Assembly: GCA_900539165.1 (NCBI GenBank)
Contig: UQAZ01000002.1
Coordinates: forward strand, 13,559 to 77,558
DNA from: an uncultured Oscillospiraceae bacterium
GTDB lineage: Bacteria > Bacillota > Clostridia > Oscillospirales > Acutalibacteraceae
Length of the DNA stretch: 64,000 bases
Direction: 5' to 3'
Shown here: positions 39,370-48,031 of the stretch, in pieces
Position numbering within the stretch: the first letter of the stretch is position 1
How the letters are laid out: each line of letters begins with the position of its first letter
The notes under the pieces: model-generated
What the model was told of the DNA's origin: nothing
The model's input: the letters and a program-made list of their open reading frames with translations, nothing else
Databases searched by the model: none
Made by a program: the position numbers and the translations under genes

Positions 39370-40545
39370 ATGCCAAGAATCACAGCAGAAGAAGTACAAA
39401 CAATCCCTTACGGACCGCTGGGTATAATTGCCTTACCGGGAACAGAAGCACTTGCAGAGAAAATCAACAAGTACCTTGTTAAGTGGAGAGAGGATCAAAT
39501 CCGCAGTCACAAGGAAAACATTGCCTTTTACGGCTATCAGAGAGACAATTATCTCATTGATACCACAGTCGCTCGTTTCGGCAGCGGTGAGGGTAAAGCA
39601 GTAATTAACGACACAATCAGAGGCTATGACCTTTACATTTTGGTTGACTGCTTTAATTACAGCGTAACCTACAATATGTACGGCAAGGAGGTTCCTAAAT
39701 CTCCGGATGACCACTTCTCAGACTTAAAGAGAGTTATCTCGGCAGCATCAAGTAAAGCAAAGAGAATCAATGTAATTATGCCTATGCTCTATGAGGGCAG
39801 ACAGCACAAGAGATCCTCCCGTGAATCTCTCGACTGTGCAATGGCATTACAGGAGCTTACTGCATTAGGAGTTGAAAACATTATTACATTTGATGCTCAC
39901 GACCAAAGAGTACAAAACTCAATTCCTCACAAATCATTTGAAAATGTAATGCCTACATATCAAATGATTAAGTCTCTCGTAAACAGCGTTGATGACCTTA
40001 TCATCGACCCCGACCACCTTATGGTTATTTCTCCTGACGAGGGTGCAATGCACAGATGTATTTACTTTGCAACACAGCTCGGAGTAAACCTCGGTATGTT
40101 CTACAAGAGAAGAGACTACACAAGAGTTGTAAACGGAAGAAACCCTATCGTTGCTCATCAGTATCTCGGTGACAGCGTTGAGGGCAAGGACATCATCATC
40201 GTTGATGATATGATAAGCTCAGGCGAAAGTATGCTTGAGGTTGCAAGAAAGCTCAAGGAGCTTAAAGCAAAGAGAATCTTCGTCTGCACCGCATTCGGCC
40301 TTTTCTGCAACGGACTTGAAATATTCGACAAAGCAAACGAGGAGGGCGTATTTGAGAAGGTATTTACCACAAATGGTATTTATCAACCGGAGGAGCTTCT
40401 AAGCCGTGACTGGTACGAAAGTGTTGAACTTTCAAAGTATCTTGCATACTTCCTTGACACCATCAACCACGACCTTTCCGTATCATCACTTCTCGACAAT
40501 TCGGATAAGATTGACAAATTATTAAAGAGCAGAGGTTTGAAGTAA
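39370..40545 (+). CDS. prs: Ribose-phosphate pyrophosphokinase, long form (391 aa)
   Basis: PRPP-binding motif IIVDDMISSGESM and the Prs N-domain (RGYDLYILVD...). About 75 aa longer than classic Prs. Strongly optimised codon usage. AGAGGAG RBS. Confidence 0.7.
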   Translation: MPRITAEEVQTIPYGPLGIIALPGTEALAEKINKYLVKWREDQIRSHKENIAFYGYQRDNYLIDTTVARFGSGEGKAVINDTIRGYDLYILVDCFNYSVTYNMYGKEVPKSPDDHFSDLKRVISAASSKAKRINVIMPMLYEGRQHKRSSRESLDCAMALQELTALGVENIITFDAHDQRVQNSIPHKSFENVMPTYQMIKSLVNSVDDLIIDPDHLMVISPDEGAMHRCIYFATQLGVNLGMFYKRRDYTRVVNGRNPIVAHQYLGDSVEGKDIIIVDDMISSGESMLEVARKLKELKAKRIFVCTAFGLFCNGLEIFDKANEEGVFEKVFTTNGIYQPEELLSRDWYESVELSKYLAYFLDTINHDLSVSSLLDNSDKIDKLLKSRGLK

Positions 40546-40546
40546 T

Positions 40547-41044
40547 ATGAGCAAAAAGTCAGGCAACTCAAAGTTGAAAGTAGTTTTGGCAATAGTTATA
40601 TGCATTGTTCTTGCAATAGTTGTGCCGACAGGTATTTACTGTGCCGTTAAGCAGGAAAGCCCTGCAAAGGTTATAAGAAGCATTGTTGTTTCAAACGAGG
40701 AAAGAATTATCGGAAAATGGCAGAACGAGGCTCGCACAAGCGCATATGAGTTCAAAGAGAACGGCACTTATGAAAGCTTTTTCAGCACATTTTCATACAC
40801 AGGTGATTATTCGGTAAAGGGCGACGAGCTTACACTTTCAAACCCGTCAAGTGACAGTACCGTTACCTATAAAATAAAGGTAAACAAGAATGAACTTACT
40901 ATGATTGCAATTAAAGAAGCGGGACTTGATACAGATGAAAGTCAGGAATCATCAAGCACCTACAAGAGAGTAGACAGGATTCAAACAAAATCTATTTCAC
41001 AGATTTTTGAGGACGTCACATCGCAATCATCGAAAAATAATTAA
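40547..41044 (+). CDS. Hypothetical membrane-anchored protein (N-terminal TM plus a small beta-rich domain)
   Basis: TM helix LKVVLAIVICIVLAIVVPTGIY, then IGKWQNE...YEFKENGTY...GDYSVKGDELTL..., which is lipocalin-like/DUF-type. Starts 2 nt after the prs stop. Confidence 0.45.
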   Translation: MSKKSGNSKLKVVLAIVICIVLAIVVPTGIYCAVKQESPAKVIRSIVVSNEERIIGKWQNEARTSAYEFKENGTYESFFSTFSYTGDYSVKGDELTLSNPSSDSTVTYKIKVNKNELTMIAIKEAGLDTDESQESSSTYKRVDRIQTKSISQIFEDVTSQSSKNN

Positions 41045-41093
41045 GTAATAGACGGATAAGCTTGGTCATATTAATTACAAAGGAGTAGTTAAT

Positions 41094-41348
41094 ATGACCA
41101 AAAATGTTCAAGACAGATGTGAGATGCTGGGAGAATACATAGCAAGCAACAAAGCCACCGTAAGGCAGGCGGCTGCAACATTCGGAATCAGCAAAAGCAC
41201 TGTGCATATTGATGTTACAAAAAGGTTGGCTCAAACCTCGCCTATTCTTGCAAGCAAGGTTGCCCGAGTGCTAAAGGAAAACAAAGAGCAACGGCACATA
41301 AGGGGCGGAGCAGCCACCAAAGAAAAATACAGGAAGTTAAACAGGTGA
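41094..41348 (+). CDS. spoIIID: Sporulation transcriptional regulator SpoIIID
   Basis: The 84-aa HTH protein ...ATVRQAAATFGISKSTVHIDVTKRL....P.LA..V...L..NK..RH.RGG.ATK.KY aligns with Bacillus SpoIIID (TVR.IAKEFGVSKSTVHKDLTERL...RHLRGGEATK.KY). Confidence 0.85.
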   Translation: MTKNVQDRCEMLGEYIASNKATVRQAAATFGISKSTVHIDVTKRLAQTSPILASKVARVLKENKEQRHIRGGAATKEKYRKLNR

Positions 41349-41352
41349 TATT

Positions 41353-42150
41353 ATGTCTATCGGATTTATCGGATGCGGAAATATGGCAGGTGCTATACTT
41401 TCGGGACTTTTGAGCAGTAAAACGGTAAAGGAGAATGAAATAAATGTTTTTGATATTTACTCCCCTGCCGTTTCAAAGCTGAAGTCACAGTACGAAATAA
41501 ATGCCTGCGTAAACGAAAACGATGTTGTAAACAAAAGCGATATTGTTATTCTCGCCGTAAAGCCGAATGTATTACTTTCGGTTCTTGAAAAAATAAGCAA
41601 GGCGGTAAAGGAAAGAAATCCGCTTCTCATCTCCATAGCGGCAGGCAAGACAACGGATTATATAGCAGAGCCGTTATCATCAAAAGCGAAAATTATCCGT
41701 GTAATGCCTAACATTAACGCAAAGGTTGGCGAAGCAATTTGTGCATATACTGCCAATGCTTACGCTACAGACGAGGACAAGGCTCTGACCGAAAAAATAT
41801 TTACTTCGGTCGGTGAGGTTATATATCTTGAGGAGAGCTACTTCCCTCTTTTTGGAGTTATCGGCGGTTGCACACCGGCACTTGCATATATGTTCATAGA
41901 CGAGCTTGCAAGAGCAGGCGTTAAGCACGGAATGAAAAAAGACATTGCGCTGAAAGTTGCGGCACAGGCTGTTTTGGGAAGTGCGAAAATGATATTGGAG
42001 TCTGAGGAACATCCTTATGCCTTAATTGACAAGGTATGCTCACCCGGCGGAACGACAATTGAAGCTGTAACATCATTACAGCACGACGGCTTTGAAGCGG
42101 CTATACACAACGCCGTTGACAAGGCAGTAGAAAAAGACAAGTTATTATAA
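41353..42150 (+). CDS. proC: Pyrroline-5-carboxylate reductase
   Basis: Rossmann motif IGFIGCGNMAGAIL, the ...VKP... segment, and the C-terminal dimerisation domain with SPGGTT. Confidence 0.9.
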   Translation: MSIGFIGCGNMAGAILSGLLSSKTVKENEINVFDIYSPAVSKLKSQYEINACVNENDVVNKSDIVILAVKPNVLLSVLEKISKAVKERNPLLISIAAGKTTDYIAEPLSSKAKIIRVMPNINAKVGEAICAYTANAYATDEDKALTEKIFTSVGEVIYLEESYFPLFGVIGGCTPALAYMFIDELARAGVKHGMKKDIALKVAAQAVLGSAKMILESEEHPYALIDKVCSPGGTTIEAVTSLQHDGFEAAIHNAVDKAVEKDKLL

Positions 42151-42154
42151 AACG

Positions 42155-42199
42155 AAAAGGTCGATGATTATTCATAAAGAACAATCACCGACCTTTTTA
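42155..42199. terminator. Bidirectional intrinsic terminator between proC (+) and the 42211-42927 gene (-)
   Basis: A 15-bp stem AAAAGGTCGATGATT / AATCACCGACCTTTT with one mismatch. T-rich sequence follows on both strands. Confidence 0.5.
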
Positions 42200-42210
42200 A
42201 TTTATGCGCT

Positions 42211-42927
42211 TTATTTTTTATCTTTCGACAAGGACGCTTTTTCCTTAACCTTGTCAGCATTTTCTTTTATATGCTCATAAGTTTCTTTGAGTTCTTTTTT
42301 CTCAACAACACATTGGCACAAAAGACCGCAAAAGCCCATTACTATTGCAAAAATCATAGACAAATTATGATTAAACTCAAAGTGCGATTCTATCATATCC
42401 CAAAACATCATTGAACCCGAAAATGCAGTTGTTACGATTACCGCAAGGTACTTATATTTAGCTGCAAGTAACGCCGCAATAACAGCAACGATAATTCCAA
42501 AAAGAACGGCTATTCCCTTTCCCAGTCCCAAAAGATAACCCGAAACGGCAATATATACCATCAACAGAGTAGTTATAAAAAGTTTTGTTTTATGCAACTT
42601 ATGCGAATAAACTGCACACAAAACTCCTATTACCGCAGACAATAAAACAAGAACCCAAAAGAAAGCACCTGTCGGTTTAAGAATTACAAAGGAAGCAAAA
42701 AGAGGCACGAAAAAGCCTATACCGAAAAAGAAAAATATATTCCACACCTTATGCATAAAATGCCCTGCAAAAGAAGTAGTAACAGTCAAAAGTCCGAAAA
42801 GCCAAGGTAAAATATTTTCACAAGCAGTTTTTAACTGTTGAAAATCAGCAGGCACATATGACACAAGCTTTTCAAAAAATTCGTAAAATTCCATAAATAC
42901 TCGCAGTTGAAAAATCAACCTCTGCAT
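42211..42927 (-). CDS. Hypothetical polytopic membrane protein
   Basis: About six hydrophobic helices and a lysine-rich C-terminus. No recognisable motif. Confidence 0.45.
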   Translation of the reverse strand: MQRLIFQLRVFMEFYEFFEKLVSYVPADFQQLKTACENILPWLFGLLTVTTSFAGHFMHKVWNIFFFFGIGFFVPLFASFVILKPTGAFFWVLVLLSAVIGVLCAVYSHKLHKTKLFITTLLMVYIAVSGYLLGLGKGIAVLFGIIVAVIAALLAAKYKYLAVIVTTAFSGSMMFWDMIESHFEFNHNLSMIFAIVMGFCGLLCQCVVEKKELKETYEHIKENADKVKEKASLSKDKK

Positions 42928-42947
42928 ATAAATCTAAATCTGACATT

Positions 42948-42982
42948 CAAGAAAATCCGCACCAAATAAAGATGCGGATTTT
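42948..42982 (-). terminator. Probable intrinsic terminator downstream of metK
   Basis: A 9-10-bp stem AAAATCCGCA / TGCGGATTTT with an 11-nt loop. The U-tract is partly inside the stem, so this is a weaker call. Confidence 0.35.
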
Positions 42983-42994
42983 ATCGTATTTTAA

Positions 42995-44173
42995 TTACAT
43001 ATACTTTTTAATTTCGTCAACCTTATTTGTTCTTTCCCAAGAAACATCAAGGTCCTCTCTGCCCATATGACCGTAAGCGGCAACATTCTTATAAATCGGC
43101 TTTCTCAAGTCGAGAGCCTTAATAATTGCATAAGGGCGAAGGTCAAATACCTTATTAACGATTTCGCTGATTTCGTCATCAGACTTCTTACCTGTGCCGA
43201 AAGTGTCAACCATAATTGATACAGGCTTTGCAACGCCGATAGCGTAAGCAAGTTCAACCTCGCACTTATCGGCGAGACCTGCTGCAACGATATTCTTAGC
43301 AACCCATCTTGCGGCATATGCTGCGGAACGGTCAACCTTTGTAGGGTCCTTACCCGAGAAAGCACCGCCGCCGTGACGAGCGTATCCGCCATATGTATCA
43401 ACGATAATCTTTCTGCCGGTAAGACCCGAATCACCCATAGGTCCGCCGATAACAAAACGGCCTGTCGGATTAACATAAAATACGGTATCCTTGTCCATAA
43501 GCTCTGCGGGAACTGTTGTCTTAATTACCTTTTCGATAATATCTTTTCTGAGTTGCTCGAGTTCAACATCTGCGCTGTGCTGTGATGAAACTACAACAGC
43601 TGTAACCTTAACCGGCTTGCCGTCATCGTATTCAACAGTAACCTGAGTTTTACCGTCTGAGTAGAGATAAGGAAGAGTTCCGTTTTCTCTAACCTCTGTA
43701 AGCTTCAACGCAAGCTTATGAGCAAGAGAAATAGGAAGAGGCATAAGCTCCTCGGTCTCATTGCAAGCATAACCGAACATCATACCCTGGTCGCCTGCAC
43801 CGTTAAGGTTGTCCTCGTCGTCCTCATTATTTTTAAGTTCATATGACTTATCAACGCCCATAGCAATATCGGGAGACTGATGGTCAAGAGCAGTCAAAAC
43901 GGCACAGGTATTGCCGTCAAAGCCTTTCTTTGCATCATCATAACCGATGTCAATTATAGTCTTACGAACTATTGATGTAATATCAACATCCGCCTTAGTT
44001 GTGATTTCGCCCATTACGAGAACCTGACCCGTTGTGCAGGTGGTTTCGCAAGCGACACGGCTCATTGGGTCCTGCTCGAGCATTGCGTCGAGAATTGCGT
44101 CAGAAATCTGGTCGCAAATTTTATCGGGATGTCCCTTAGTTACAGATTCACTTGTAAACAAAAACTTTGACAT
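42995..44173 (-). CDS. metK: S-adenosylmethionine synthetase
   Basis: The N-terminal [24 protein letters not shown] is the MetK signature, with GGGAFSGKD present. 392 aa. Confidence 0.95.
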   Translation of the reverse strand: MSKFLFTSESVTKGHPDKICDQISDAILDAMLEQDPMSRVACETTCTTGQVLVMGEITTKADVDITSIVRKTIIDIGYDDAKKGFDGNTCAVLTALDHQSPDIAMGVDKSYELKNNEDDEDNLNGAGDQGMMFGYACNETEELMPLPISLAHKLALKLTEVRENGTLPYLYSDGKTQVTVEYDDGKPVKVTAVVVSSQHSADVELEQLRKDIIEKVIKTTVPAELMDKDTVFYVNPTGRFVIGGPMGDSGLTGRKIIVDTYGGYARHGGGAFSGKDPTKVDRSAAYAARWVAKNIVAAGLADKCEVELAYAIGVAKPVSIMVDTFGTGKKSDDEISEIVNKVFDLRPYAIIKALDLRKPIYKNVAAYGHMGREDLDVSWERTNKVDEIKKYM

Positions 44174-44200
44174 AATCTATATCCTCTTTTACTTAATACT

Positions 44201-44336
44201 AAAAAAATAAGCATACGATACTGTACCGTATGCTGAAACTCATCATTCGGTAATACCGACGGTATTAGCACCTTACTGTCAAAGCAGGTTGCTGTGATTT
44301 CAACGGGCCGTTCCCTCAATCACTCTTGATAACGCA
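44201..44336 (-). promoter_or_regulatory. SAM-I (S-box) riboswitch with an intrinsic terminator, in the metK leader
   Basis: Minus-strand RNA reads gUUAUCAAGAGuGauuGAGGGAacGGCCCguuGAAaucaCAGCAACC...AAGGUGCUAAuaCC...ugaugag, which matches the SAM-I core (AUCAAGAG.GG.GGAGGGA.UGGCCC.AUGAA...GCAACC...GGUGCUAA). The expression-platform hairpin AGCAUACG-loop-CGUAUGCU plus U8 ends 28 nt before the metK ATG. Confidence 0.8.
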
Positions 44337-44493
44337 TGTTCATTTTCTGTGTAATAATCATACTACAAATACATTACAAAGTCAACCGTAAAATTATTAA
44401 AATAAGTATTGTATTTTGTTTAGAAATAGTTTATAATTAAATACGAAATATTTTGCTCGCATGTCGAGCGTTGCTGTTTAAGGAGGAAATAAA

Positions 44494-46056
44494 ATGGCAA
44501 AGAAAACAGTATTCCTTACCGGCGGTACCGGTAACATGGGTTGGGCTGCTGTACAGGAAATGCTCAAGCATCCAAATGAAATCAACATTAAGATGCTCGC
44601 AAGAAAAAGCCCTAAGAACGAAGAAAAGCTCAAGGACCTTATGGCTAAGCCAAATGTTCAAATCGTATGGGGTGACCTCGGCGACTATGATTCAATTCTT
44701 GAGGGTGTAACAGGCTCTGACTATGTTCTTCATATCGGCGGTATGGTATCTCCGACAGCTGACTGGAAGCCATACAGAACTCAAAAGACAAACATCGGCG
44801 CTGCTCAGAACATCTGTAAGGCAGTTTTGGCTCAGCCAAATGCTGATGACATTAAGGTTGCATACATCGGTACTGTTGCTGAAACAGGCGGCAGAAACTA
44901 TCCTATCCACTGGGGCAGATGCGGTGACCCGATTAAAATTTCTATCTATGACCACTATGCAATTTCTAAGGCAGTTGCAGAGCGTGTATTCGTTGAAAGC
45001 GGTATCAAGAACTGGGTTGTAATGCGTCAGTCAGGTATCCTTTATCCAAACATTCTCAAGAATATGGATCCAATTATGTTCCACGTACCGATTAACGGTG
45101 TTCTTGAGTGGTGTACTGTTGAGGATTCAGGTCGTCTTATGTGCAACCTTGTTCTCGAGGACGAAAAAGGCACACTCGATAACGGCTTTTGGAATCACTT
45201 CTTCAACATCGGTTCAGGTGAGCAGTACAGAATTTCTAACTATGAATTTGAGTGTCTCCTTCTCGGTACTCTCGGTCTTGCAGGCCCTGAAAAGCTCTTC
45301 GAGCCTAACTGGTTTATCACAAAGAACTTCCACGGTCAGTTCTATGCTGACGGTGACAAGCTTGAAGAATTCCTCCACTTCAGAGAGAACCTCCCTGTTC
45401 AGGATTACTTCAACAGACTTGCTGATCATGTTGAATTCTACTTCAAAATACCAAGATACCTTCCAAAGAATCTTGTTGCTGCTTGCGCTAAGCCATTCAT
45501 GAAGAAGATTGCTATGACTAAAGACTTCGGTACTCTTGACTGGGTTGCAACAAAGAATCAAACAAGACTCTCTGCTTACTACGGTACATATGAGGATTGG
45601 ACTAAGATTCCTTCAAAGTGGGAAGACTTTGAAATCAGAAAGTTCAACAAGAAGACTGAGGACGCTGAAAACTACAAGCTTGACCACGGTTATGATGAGA
45701 CAAAGCCTGAATCAGAGCTTGACATCGAGGATATGAAGCAGGCTGCTAAGTTCCGTGGCGGTGAGTGCCTCAGCGAAACAATGACTAAGGGCGATATGGC
45801 TACAAAGCTCAAGTGGAAGTGCGGTTACTGCGGTGCTGAATTTGAGGCTTCACCTGCTCTTATTCTTCTCGGCGGTCACTGGTGTCCTGAATGCTACATT
45901 CCGCAGAAGCAGTGGGATTACGACAACATCGCAAGAACAAATCCGTTCTTCGCACAGGTTTGGTATCCAAGCCACACCAAGGAAGAGACAAACGTTTACA
46001 AGTTTGACGATTTGTTCCAGATTGACGGCGTTAAGTGGGACGACATCAAGAGATAA
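44494..46056 (+). CDS. NAD(P)-binding SDR/epimerase-fold protein with a C-terminal ~250-aa extension ending in a Cys4 zinc-ribbon; function unknown
   Basis: Rossmann motif VFLTGGTGNMG and catalytic YAISK (YxxxK). A long C-terminal region then carries KWKCGYCG...HWCPECY. AGGAGG RBS. Codon usage is strongly biased towards optimal codons (gct, ggt, cgt, aag, ctc), unlike most neighbours. Confidence 0.6.
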   Translation: MAKKTVFLTGGTGNMGWAAVQEMLKHPNEINIKMLARKSPKNEEKLKDLMAKPNVQIVWGDLGDYDSILEGVTGSDYVLHIGGMVSPTADWKPYRTQKTNIGAAQNICKAVLAQPNADDIKVAYIGTVAETGGRNYPIHWGRCGDPIKISIYDHYAISKAVAERVFVESGIKNWVVMRQSGILYPNILKNMDPIMFHVPINGVLEWCTVEDSGRLMCNLVLEDEKGTLDNGFWNHFFNIGSGEQYRISNYEFECLLLGTLGLAGPEKLFEPNWFITKNFHGQFYADGDKLEEFLHFRENLPVQDYFNRLADHVEFYFKIPRYLPKNLVAACAKPFMKKIAMTKDFGTLDWVATKNQTRLSAYYGTYEDWTKIPSKWEDFEIRKFNKKTEDAENYKLDHGYDETKPESELDIEDMKQAAKFRGGECLSETMTKGDMATKLKWKCGYCGAEFEASPALILLGGHWCPECYIPQKQWDYDNIARTNPFFAQVWYPSHTKEETNVYKFDDLFQIDGVKWDDIKR

Positions 46057-46067
46057 TTCAATAATGC

Positions 46068-46101
46068 AAAAAACCGTAAGCGTTAAGCTTACGGTTTTTT
46101 T
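46068..46101. terminator. Bidirectional intrinsic terminator between the SDR-like gene (+) and rmuC (-)
   Basis: Perfect 11-bp stem AAACCGTAAGC / GCTTACGGTTT with a loop GTTAA. It is followed by T7 on the + strand and preceded by A6, which gives a U-run on the minus strand. Confidence 0.6.
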
Positions 46102-46137
46102 AGTAAAAAATCAAAGTTATCTAAAACAAATTAAAAT

Positions 46138-47259
46138 TTAGTCGAGATAATTCACTTCGGTACTGTCGAGTGAGTTTACGGATTTCAGGTTTTTTTGGAT
46201 AATGTCGTTACGCTTTTGTGCCTGTTGGATAGTCGAGCCTGCCTCGTCGATTTTTTTCTTCGCTTTGATAAGCAAGTCGCCGAACATATCATACTGTTTC
46301 TTTGCGTTGCCCAAAATCTTAAACACCTCATTAGCCTTTTTATTGATTGCTACTGTACTGAAGCCGAGCTGTAAGGAATTAAGCAATGCGGTAATTGTGG
46401 ACGGTCCTGCAATCAAAATACCCATAGACCTGAGTTTATCGGGCAGACCATTTTTATTATTCATAACCTCGGCATAAAGTCCTTCGGTCGCAAGATACAT
46501 AACCGCAAAAGGAGTGGTATACGGCTCTGCAATATAATTTTTAATTGCCTTTGCTTCCTCTTTAACTCGTACTTCAAGTGCCTTTCTTGACTGCTCAACG
46601 CCTGCCGTATCCCCTGCTTCACCGGCAGAAACAAGCCTTGAATAATCCTCCATAGGAAACTTTGAATCAATAGGAAGATAGATAACCTCGTCATTTTCGG
46701 AATTAGGAATTTTAACAGCGAACTCTACCCTACCGTTATATTTCGGATTAGTAACAACATTCTGCTCGTACATACCGGGAATTATTTGTTCAAGAATATT
46801 ACCGAGCTGTGCTTCTGCCCAAGTGCCTCTGATTTTGACATTGGACAGCACACGGTTCAGACCTGCCACGCCATCGGAAAGCTCTTTCATTTCGCCCAAG
46901 GATTTATACACGCTGTTAAGCTGGTTTGAAACCTGTTCAAACGACGAATTAAGTCTTTTATTCAGAGTGCTTGAGAGCTTTTCGTCAACCGTTTCACGCA
47001 TTAAATCGAGCTTTTTTTCATTACTTTCCTGCATTGAATTAACTGCTCTTGATACTGCTTCCGTCTGTTGTGCATTATTTTGATTAAGAGTTTCAAGGAT
47101 GCTTATTTGCTGTTGATAATTTTTTTCTGTAAGCTCCGACATCTGACGAGAAAGCTCCTCAAGTCGCTGTGAGCCGTCCGATTTAGAGCCGTGCAATGTA
47201 AGTACAATCAATATAACAAGCAATATCACGCAAACAATTAAAAGTATTTGTGTCAACAT
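46138..47259 (-). CDS. rmuC: DNA recombination protein RmuC
   Basis: N-terminal TM helix, a long coiled coil, then the RmuC C-terminal domain (...RVEFAVK.P......IDSKFP.E.Y...). 373 aa. Confidence 0.8.
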   Translation of the reverse strand: MLTQILLIVCVILLVILIVLTLHGSKSDGSQRLEELSRQMSELTEKNYQQQISILETLNQNNAQQTEAVSRAVNSMQESNEKKLDLMRETVDEKLSSTLNKRLNSSFEQVSNQLNSVYKSLGEMKELSDGVAGLNRVLSNVKIRGTWAEAQLGNILEQIIPGMYEQNVVTNPKYNGRVEFAVKIPNSENDEVIYLPIDSKFPMEDYSRLVSAGEAGDTAGVEQSRKALEVRVKEEAKAIKNYIAEPYTTPFAVMYLATEGLYAEVMNNKNGLPDKLRSMGILIAGPSTITALLNSLQLGFSTVAINKKANEVFKILGNAKKQYDMFGDLLIKAKKKIDEAGSTIQQAQKRNDIIQKNLKSVNSLDSTEVNYLD

Positions 47260-47281
47260 ATCATCACCTCGATTACATTAT

Positions 47282-47323
47282 AAACAAAAGCCCACCGAAA
47301 TTCAACGGTGGGTGTCGTTTTTT
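47282..47323 (-). terminator. Hairpin terminator between the 47332-47859 gene and rmuC
   Basis: Stem CCCACCG / CGGTGGG with an 8-nt loop, flanked by an A-run and a T-run. Confidence 0.4.
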
Positions 47324-47331
47324 GGACTTAA

Positions 47332-47859
47332 TTATTTAATGACTTTTGAAATTTTACTTTTTAGTTTACTGTTATAAATCAAAACGAGCAAATCAAAGGT
47401 ATAATCGTACAAAATGAATATTACATTAAGCGCAACAAAGAACAGCGTTATGCCGATTTTGCCGAACATGTTATCAAACGGTATACCGAAAACATAAATC
47501 AAAATAAGCTGAATGCCTGCCATAGCGATATTAAAAATCACAAGCTTTATCAGCAATCTTATCGGCTTTGGCTTAATTTTTGAAAGCTTTATTCTGAGTA
47601 TCGGATAATAGCCAAAAAACATAATATAAAACAGCACCGATTCCTTACCGCCCAAAAGAATAAATGCTAAAAACGAAGTGGAAAAATAAGTAAGCACAGC
47701 AGACTTAACCGACACGGATTCCAAAAGCAAAATCATCAGCAAACCCGTGGCAATAGGCAAAACATACGACAGCGAAACGCTGACAGCACCCAAGAACAGC
47801 AAAACAACGCTGAGTGCGGATATAACTCCGGCAAAGGCGGAGGCTTTAGCATTTTTCAT
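47332..47859 (-). CDS. Hypothetical small polytopic membrane protein (5-6 TM; possibly an ECF-S-component-like substrate-binding membrane protein)
   Basis: 175 aa, almost entirely hydrophobic helices. No motif I can assign. Confidence 0.4.
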   Translation of the reverse strand: MKNAKASAFAGVISALSVVLLFLGAVSVSLSYVLPIATGLLMILLLESVSVKSAVLTYFSTSFLAFILLGGKESVLFYIMFFGYYPILRIKLSKIKPKPIRLLIKLVIFNIAMAGIQLILIYVFGIPFDNMFGKIGITLFFVALNVIFILYDYTFDLLVLIYNSKLKSKISKVIK

Positions 47860-48031
47860 AAAATCACCTTCAATAATAATATACTACCACATTAACAACA
47901 AGTTGTGAATTAAAAGTGAACATTATTACAGAAATATAAATTATATAATTTATTTACATCTTGTCTATTTACAAAAAGAATGTAAAAATATATAATTGAT
48001 TTATAGTATAAATGTAGTAAGAGGTATTATT

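Noticed and set aside
41045-41093. Looked for a sigma-E promoter immediately upstream of spoIIID
   Set aside because: A TCATATT is present, but no acceptable -10 before the RBS. The promoter probably lies within the preceding gene. Not reportable.
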